A stretch of DNA of 64,000 nucleotides from Planctomycetota bacterium (lineage in GTDB: Bacteria; Planctomycetota; UBA8108; SXIK01): contig OZ244999.1 in NCBI GenBank assembly GCA_965223265.1, positions 5,408,001 through 5,472,000 of the forward strand, read 5' to 3'. Position numbers and translations under genes: made by a program. The notes under the pieces are model-generated. The model saw only the letters and a list, made by a program, of their open reading frames with translations. It had not been told where the DNA came from and ran no database searches. Positions 57,716 through 64,000 of this stretch are shown here, piece after piece. Position 1 is the stretch's first letter. Each line of letters starts with the position of its first letter.

Positions 57716-59047
57716 ATGCTGCGAGTTCTCGGAGATCCTTACAGAGACAGTTACGGCGTCACGCGGCGCAGCTTCCTGCAGGTCGGCGTGCCGTCGCTCG
57801 GACTTGGCCTTCCAGCGCTGCTCGCCGCACGTGCCAGGGCAGCGGCAACGACCGGTCAGTCGGCGCCCAACAAGTCACTCATCGTCTTTTGGACTCATGG
57901 TGGCTTGAGCCAACAAGACACTTGGGACATGAAACCCGACGCGCCGCGTGAATACCGCGGCATGTACCAGCCGATCAAGACGGTCGTGCCTGGTATCGAC
58001 GTTGGCGAGCGTATCCCGCGCATGGCACGCATCATGGACCGCGTCTCGATCGTGCGTTCCGTCCATCACAAAAACGGTATTCATGCGCCCTCCGCCCACT
58101 GGATGTCGACGGGTTACTTCGGACCAACGTTGGCGCGCAACGCGCCTCAGCGTCCCTCGTTCGGGTCAGTGATCTCAAAGGCCCTCGGCGCCCGCCAGCC
58201 CAATATGCCGCCCTATGTAGCGGTGCCAAAGGCGGAAGCGTTCGGCTACCAAGGAAGCGTTTACCTAGGCGCTCCCTATGATCCCTTCGAGGTCGGAGCC
58301 GACCCGAACGCCGACGGTTTCTCGGTGCCGAATCTTACCCTTCCCGGAGGCTTGAAGCTGTCGGATGTTGCGGCACGACGCTCGCTGCTCGAGCGCTTCG
58401 ACACCATTCGCCGTGAAATCGATGCGTCGCAAGTGATCGGCAGGCTGGACACATTCAAGGCCCAAGCGCTCGAAATGGTCACAGGCGAACGTGTGCGCGA
58501 AGCATTCGATATCAACCGCGAAGACCCCAAGGTGCGCGACCTCTACGGCCGCCACCAGTTCGGACAAAGCGCGCTGCTGGCGCGGCGACTCGTGGAAGCA
58601 GGAAGCACGTGTGTGATCGTCAACACCGGCTACTGGGATCACCATGACAAGATCAAGGAGGGGCTCGAACAGCTTCTGCCTCCGCTCGACCAGGCGATCG
58701 CCGCGCTCGTCGAGGATCTGACGCTCCGCGGCATGCTCGACGATGTCATCGTCTATTCGGCGGGTGAATTCGGCCGCACTCCTCTGATCAACGGCCACGC
58801 TGGGAGGGACCACTGGGCGCCGTGCTTCTCCGTAATGCTCGGAGGCGGCGGTATTCAAGGCGGCCGCATAGTTGGTGCCAGCGAGAAGTGGGGCGGTAAC
58901 GTCGACGAGCGACCGTGCTCGCCACTCGACGTCCTGGCGACAATCTATCAAGCCCTTGGGATCCCACTCGACACCCACTACGAAGATGCAACCGGGCGTC
59001 CGGTCAGCATCGTCGATGCCGGCCGCCCGATTCACGAACTCTTTTAG
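57716..59047 (+). CDS. DUF1501 domain protein
   Basis: TRRSFLQ Tat-like motif, GGLSQQDTWDMKP, FGQS.LLARRLVEAG, WDHH, GEFGRTP..N..GRDHW. Confidence 0.95.
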   Translation: MLRVLGDPYRDSYGVTRRSFLQVGVPSLGLGLPALLAARARAAATTGQSAPNKSLIVFWTHGGLSQQDTWDMKPDAPREYRGMYQPIKTVVPGIDVGERIPRMARIMDRVSIVRSVHHKNGIHAPSAHWMSTGYFGPTLARNAPQRPSFGSVISKALGARQPNMPPYVAVPKAEAFGYQGSVYLGAPYDPFEVGADPNADGFSVPNLTLPGGLKLSDVAARRSLLERFDTIRREIDASQVIGRLDTFKAQALEMVTGERVREAFDINREDPKVRDLYGRHQFGQSALLARRLVEAGSTCVIVNTGYWDHHDKIKEGLEQLLPPLDQAIAALVEDLTLRGMLDDVIVYSAGEFGRTPLINGHAGRDHWAPCFSVMLGGGGIQGGRIVGASEKWGGNVDERPCSPLDVLATIYQALGIPLDTHYEDATGRPVSIVDAGRPIHELF

Positions 59048-59076
59048 CTGCCCCATAGGCGCGGCGACGGGTCGAA

Positions 59077-59099
59077 CACACGCCACACGCCACACGCCA
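59077..59099. repeat. CACACGC heptamer tandem (3 units)
   Basis: cacacgc cacacgc cacacgc ca. Confidence 0.6.
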
Positions 59100-59220
59100 A
59101 GCGTCCCGAGGGGGTCAGCCCGCACGATCTGCAGATGCCATAGAAAGCATCGCAGCCCGCGTCGCGCGTCGACACATGCTTCGATCGAGATTTCTCAACA
59201 ACAGACAGACGGAGGAAACC

Positions 59221-60216
59221 GTGGCTTCTACTAGCAAGAAACCCTCGTCGCAGACACGCCTGCCGCTCGTCATCCTCGCGTGCAGCGCGATGCTCGGATT
59301 CTTCACCTACCTCGTCGCAGAGACGCCGGTCGGCGCCAAGTGGTGGCCATCGGAGTGGGGTGCCGAGGATCAACGCGGCGCGGCGAATCGGCAGACAGCC
59401 GCGAAGGTGCTCGAGGCGACGCAGCTGATCAGGACCGGCAAGGTGTACCAACTCGGCCGCATCTATCAAGAAGGGATGCCTCTGGCGGGAAAGCGCCACT
59501 TCAAGTTGACGATTCCCGGCTCCCCCACTGGCGTCTCGACCGGCAAAAACCAGATGGTCTCTCACGATGAGATGTTCAGCGGCGAGATCGGCCAAGTGGG
59601 CACGCAACTCGACGGCCTTGGGCACGTGGGTGTGCGTGTCAATGGCGAAGACATCTTCTACAACGGTTTCAAGCGCCATGAGTTCAGTACAGCGTACGGC
59701 CTACTCAAACTCGGCGTCGAAAACATCGGCGTCTTCTTTACTCGCGGCATTCTCCTCGACATCGCAAAGCATCGTGGCGTCAAGCGCATGCAGCAGGGTG
59801 AGGTGATCACGGTTGACGACCTCGAAGCCTGCCTCGGCAAGGCGAAGCTCGAGATTCGACCCGGCGACGCGGTGTTCTTCCACACCGGACATGGCCAGCT
59901 GTGGATGAAGGACAACGACGCCTACAACCGAGGCGAACCAGGGATCGGCATGGCCGCAGCGAGATTCTTGAGTGACCGCAAGATCACTCTCGTCGGCGCT
60001 GACACCTGGGCCATCGAAGTCGTACCGCACGAGAATCCGGAGAGGCCGTTCGAAGTGCACCAGTGGATGCTCACGCGCCACGGAATCTACAACCTGGAGA
60101 ACCTTGATCTCAGCGCACTTGTGGCTGATGGTGTGACAGAATTCGCGTTCATCTTCTCGCCCCTGCGACTCAAGGGTGCCACTGGGTCGCCTGGAAATCC
60201 CATCGCGGTGCGATAG
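59221..60216 (+). CDS. cyclase family (kynurenine formamidase-like) protein, exported
   Basis: WG.EDQRG..N, Q.GTQ.DGLGH, RG.LLD, GD...FHTG, GADTW, ENL, GATGSP; GGAGG before GTG 59221. Confidence 0.9.
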   Translation: MASTSKKPSSQTRLPLVILACSAMLGFFTYLVAETPVGAKWWPSEWGAEDQRGAANRQTAAKVLEATQLIRTGKVYQLGRIYQEGMPLAGKRHFKLTIPGSPTGVSTGKNQMVSHDEMFSGEIGQVGTQLDGLGHVGVRVNGEDIFYNGFKRHEFSTAYGLLKLGVENIGVFFTRGILLDIAKHRGVKRMQQGEVITVDDLEACLGKAKLEIRPGDAVFFHTGHGQLWMKDNDAYNRGEPGIGMAAARFLSDRKITLVGADTWAIEVVPHENPERPFEVHQWMLTRHGIYNLENLDLSALVADGVTEFAFIFSPLRLKGATGSPGNPIAVR

Positions 60217-60368
60217 CGTGCGCCGCGCGCCTAGCGGCCGATCCCGTTGATCGCGCGCCGCATCGCCGCAACCAGACATGGTGCTCGCCTTGACGTACAC
60301 GGCCCTCGCCGCTAGCGATCGAGCCTCGGGTTCACATCGATGAAAGGCCATCGAGGACACTGCCGAAC

Positions 60369-61472
60369 ATGACGACAAACTCGCACGACCGCAGCGTGAT
60401 TGGCTCTCGCCTTGAGGACCTCGACTCGCCCGCCCTGCTACTCGATTGGCGCGTGTGCGAGCGAAACCTGCAGCACATCGCCTCGTTTTTCCAAGGCAGA
60501 AGTTGTCAGTTGCGGCCCCATTTTAAGAATCACAAGTGCCCGACGCTCGCACGCCGGCAACTCGAGGCTGGGGCAGCCGTCGGCATCACGTGCGCGAAGC
60601 TCGGGGAAGCAGAGGTTCTCGCGGCGCATGGATTCGGCGACCTACTGGTAGCCAACCAAGTAGTTGGCGAGCGCAAGGTGGCGCGCCTGATCGAGACCGC
60701 TCAGCAGACGCGGCTGACGATCGCAGTGGACGACCTCGATCAGTGCAAGTCGCTCGCTGCGGCAGCGAAGAGTGCCAGGGTCACCGTCGGCGTCCTGATC
60801 GAAGTCGATATCGGTATGGGCCGGTGCGGCGTACCTCCAGGCGCGCCGGCGCTAGCGCTCGCGCGAGAGCTCGTGCGGCTCCCCGGAATCGAATTCCGCG
60901 GACTCCAATCCTACGAAGGCCACGTCGTATACATCAACGATGACGCTGAACGGGCGCGCAAGACTGCCGAGTCTCAACAACTAGCGATCGACACGAAGGC
61001 ACTCATCGAAAAGGATGGCATCGAGGTGCAGATTGTGAGCGGCGGTGCTTCCTCGACGTACCAGACGGTCGGCGCCATCCCCGGTTTCAAAGAAGTGCAG
61101 GCGGGAACGTATCCAACGATGGATTGGCGCTACCGAGAAATCACCAGCGAGTTCGACATCGCCCTCAGCATTCTCGCCCGCGTCATTAGCGCACCTGCTG
61201 ACCGTGCGGTGCTTGACTTCGGTGTCAAAGGCGCCGGTGGTGAGTTCGGTCCGCCACGCATTAAAGGTGCGCCCGAGGTCGAAGTTTCTCACTTCATGTC
61301 GGAGGAGCACTTCGTCGTGCCGAATACACAGGGCTGGGGCGTCGGCGATGCGGTAGAACTCCTGCCAAGTCACGCCTGCACGACTTGCAACCTGCACCGA
61401 AAGTTGATCGTCCACGAAGACGGTCGAGTTATCGACGTTTGGCCCATTGAGGCGTCTGGTCGAATGGACTGA
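60369..61472 (+). CDS. DSD1 / D-threonine aldolase family PLP-dependent enzyme
   Basis: LD.PAL, RPHFKNHK, CAKLGEAE, G.GRCG, YEGH, EEH, PSHACTTCNLH. Confidence 0.92.
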   Translation: MTTNSHDRSVIGSRLEDLDSPALLLDWRVCERNLQHIASFFQGRSCQLRPHFKNHKCPTLARRQLEAGAAVGITCAKLGEAEVLAAHGFGDLLVANQVVGERKVARLIETAQQTRLTIAVDDLDQCKSLAAAAKSARVTVGVLIEVDIGMGRCGVPPGAPALALARELVRLPGIEFRGLQSYEGHVVYINDDAERARKTAESQQLAIDTKALIEKDGIEVQIVSGGASSTYQTVGAIPGFKEVQAGTYPTMDWRYREITSEFDIALSILARVISAPADRAVLDFGVKGAGGEFGPPRIKGAPEVEVSHFMSEEHFVVPNTQGWGVGDAVELLPSHACTTCNLHRKLIVHEDGRVIDVWPIEASGRMD

Positions 61473-61594
61473 TGCGCTCTGGGTCTGCGTCGCCCGTTCG
61501 CTGTGGACGGAGCCTCTTGCCGGCTCCTGCTTCCAAGGGACGCCGCCCCGCAGCGTACGAGATCTGCACGACAATCCAAAGGGGAGGATTTCCG

Positions 61595-63664
61595 ATGCTA
61601 AAGCGACTCTGGCTCGTCGTCGTTACGTGGTGGCTGGCAGTCGGTGGCACGAATTGGGCTGTGGCTGGCGTCTACGAAGACCTCGGCGCGCCGTGCGTCG
61701 GGGCTTGGCGGACGTACATCGGTACACACTGGGACCCAGCACTCAAACGCGAACTCTTGTGGGCGCAGGAATGTTCGCAAGACGGTGCAGTGCTCTACGC
61801 GCTGGACCTCACCAGCGGTGAGCTCGTCGAGGAACACACGGCGCCGGCGCGCCAGATTGGTCGCATGATCTCCCTCGACGATGTCCTCTACATGATCACT
61901 TATTCGGGCCTCAACCAACCAGGAAACGTGCTTCTGCGCTTTGATCCACGCGTCAGGCGGATCGAAGATCTTGGCATCGCCCCAACGCCGCGCAACCGCT
62001 TCGCGTCGATCATCGCCGCGCGAGATGGTGCTCTCTACTGCGGCACGCATCAACAAGGGCGACTCTTTCGATTCGACATCGCCACATCGAGCTGGAGCGA
62101 TCTCGGGCCGAAGGTACCGCCGCCGGTGCACGAGCGCCAAAACGTCTGGCTCTACCTTGACGCAGTTCTGACAAACGGTGCGCTCATCGGTCGAGTACGG
62201 CGAACGCCGCCGTCGCAAGTCGTGATCATCGATCCCGTGGACGGTGCCTTCCGCCGGGAGGAAAAACTTGAGGGACGCTCATGGATTGTCATCGAAGGGC
62301 AAGTGGTGCTCACGGACGGCGAGCAGCTCGAGCTCTGGGATCATGAACTCAATCCGATCGGTTCGCTCGGCGTTCGAGATTTCGCCGGCGGCGAGGCGTA
62401 TCCCGCGGCAAGCCGCATCACGTTCGTCCGCTCGCACGACGCGCGACGCGTGCTCGTCCGCATCGGACGTGACGTCCTGCGATGCGAGCTCAAAGCGCGG
62501 CGGTTGACGAAGCTAGGACGTCTCCCGTCGAGCGGTTCGTGGCGCGTCACCTCACGCGGTACGAGTGCTGTCCAGCTCGAACGTTTCTCCTCGGAAATCA
62601 AGGTGGCTGACCTCGACAGCGGTGTCGTGCGCAGCTTCCAGAATCCATACCGCAGCCAACGCGGCACGCAGATCTGCGGTCTCACGCGTGCCGCCGACGG
62701 TTCGATCTACGGTACGAACATCATCGGCATGCACATCTTCAAGCACGTGCCGGAGAGCGGAACGACGATCGATCTCGGCGCCGTCGGCTGGTCAGGTGCC
62801 GAGGTGTACAACACGATCGACTTTGACGGCAAGATCTACTTCGGGACGTACGGCGGCGGCCACTGGGGCGTGTATGACCCGGCGCGGCCGTGGAATCCCG
62901 ACTTCAAGACCGGTGGTGAAGCACGCGACGCGAACCCTCGCAAAATTACGCAACTAGGCGGCACGACTCCGGAAGTGGTGAACCGCCCGTTTGAGTATGC
63001 CATCGGGCCGAACCGGAGAATCTACATCGCCAGTCGTGCGGACTATGGACACCCTGGCGGTACACTCGTCGAGTTCGACCCGCAGACGGAATCGGTTCGA
63101 CTTTTCCGCGACGAAAAACGTTCCATACAAACCGTGACCGCAGACGAAAAATACGTCTACTGTGGTACGAGTGTGCGTGGCGGCCGAGGATCGGGCGAGC
63201 GCGCCGACGAAGCCACGTTCGTTGTCCACGATCCGTCGAATGGCGAACGCGTCTTCGAGTCAGCACTCGTGCCGGGAAGCCTCGCCGTCGTCAGCGCACG
63301 TGCTCATCGCGCCAACGGCCATGTCTACTTCACGACGGACAATCGCTTCCTGGTCGAATTCGATCCGCGCTCGTTCGCTATCCGCGAGCGGTGGCGAGTT
63401 CGTTCGGCGGGCACACCGCTCGCGGGCGTCCCGGAGGACGTTGGCATGCTGCACATCACGGTGGCAACCGACGGCAACGTCTACGGAATAGCGCATCGCG
63501 ATCTGTTTCGTCTCGAAGTTCAGAAACGGCGAGTGGAGTACCTCGACCCGCCGCCGCGCTCGGGGCTCTACCAGATCGTCGAGGGCAGACCGGGCGAGTT
63601 CTTCATCGGAGCCGGCACACACCTGCTGAGGTACTTGGTCGACGAGCCGGTCTACTACCGCTAG
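61595..63664 (+). CDS. exported beta-propeller hypothetical protein
   Basis: GGAGG RBS, signal peptide, recurring DG..Y.GT / ..FDP / DLG blades. Confidence 0.82.
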   Translation: MLKRLWLVVVTWWLAVGGTNWAVAGVYEDLGAPCVGAWRTYIGTHWDPALKRELLWAQECSQDGAVLYALDLTSGELVEEHTAPARQIGRMISLDDVLYMITYSGLNQPGNVLLRFDPRVRRIEDLGIAPTPRNRFASIIAARDGALYCGTHQQGRLFRFDIATSSWSDLGPKVPPPVHERQNVWLYLDAVLTNGALIGRVRRTPPSQVVIIDPVDGAFRREEKLEGRSWIVIEGQVVLTDGEQLELWDHELNPIGSLGVRDFAGGEAYPAASRITFVRSHDARRVLVRIGRDVLRCELKARRLTKLGRLPSSGSWRVTSRGTSAVQLERFSSEIKVADLDSGVVRSFQNPYRSQRGTQICGLTRAADGSIYGTNIIGMHIFKHVPESGTTIDLGAVGWSGAEVYNTIDFDGKIYFGTYGGGHWGVYDPARPWNPDFKTGGEARDANPRKITQLGGTTPEVVNRPFEYAIGPNRRIYIASRADYGHPGGTLVEFDPQTESVRLFRDEKRSIQTVTADEKYVYCGTSVRGGRGSGERADEATFVVHDPSNGERVFESALVPGSLAVVSARAHRANGHVYFTTDNRFLVEFDPRSFAIRERWRVRSAGTPLAGVPEDVGMLHITVATDGNVYGIAHRDLFRLEVQKRRVEYLDPPPRSGLYQIVEGRPGEFFIGAGTHLLRYLVDEPVYYR

Positions 63665-63767
63665 TGGACAGCGCAGGACTCCGGCTCCAGGGTCGCAAGA
63701 AGGAAGCGCTTCACGCGATGACTGACCGCGCCCGTCGAGCGGGGGAGTTCGTGCCCTAGGCCTATGC

Positions 63768-63839
63768 GCGTTTGCGTTTGCGTTTGCGTTTGCGTTTGCG
63801 TGGGCGTTTGCGTGGGCGTTTGCGTGGGCGTGGGCGTGG
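63768..63839. repeat. GCGTTT/GCGTGG hexamer microsatellite (12 units)
   Basis: (gcgttt)5 gcgtgg gcgttt gcgtgg gcgttt (gcgtgg)3. Confidence 0.92.
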
Positions 63840-64000
63840 GTGGGGGAGTACCAGTGCTCTGCCTCTGTCTCTCCCCTCCTCGCGGACCGGCCGCCGATCT
63901 TCACCACGCTGCGCTCCTACTCTTTCGATTCAGTGTCCGTCGGACAGACAAAGCGTTCAAATCCTGCATTCGTCCCAGGCGTAGCGCTTCTTTCGCAAGG

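Noticed and set aside
63260-63984. ORFs with HAHANA / RLRGR repeats
   Set aside because: Translations of the hexamer microsatellite.

Overview
GC-rich bacterial window, most likely Planctomycetota, judged from the DUF1501/DUF1549/DUF1553/PPC cluster, a dockerin-like tail, and many Ser/Thr-kinase, DUF4388 and TPR proteins. The left part (1-39 kb) is mainly housekeeping: miaA, tsaE, rsfS, gatCAB, comF, uvrB, nadC, an OmpR-type two-component pair and three tRNAs. Mixed in are signalling and scaffold genes: an MshEN-like/Zn-ribbon kinase, an FHA-pseudokinase, HEAT-VWA, two DUF4388-TPR proteins, a degenerate UDP-GlcNAc pyrophosphorylase and a membrane-spanning SMC-like ATPase. Its intergenic spaces carry two non-coding palindromic element families. 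Family A has CAGCCYG..TGAAAAA ends and YTAR flanks; family B has CCTCGAGTTTGGCC ends and a TTA duplication. They often sit at stop codons, nest, and form A/B chimeras. Family A folds into a long hairpin on one strand only (G.T pairs, co-varying ends). After tRNA-Arg come an att-like signature and a small decayed island of lipoprotein genes, then catabolic or secreted enzymes and a DUF1501 cluster. Two unannotated structured-RNA candidates were found: a CU-rich hairpin behind an OmpR-type box at ~22.3 kb, and a pseudoknot/terminator switch upstream of uxuA at ~49.1 kb. No transposase, integrase or CRISPR array was seen. All calls are by eye, without database searches.
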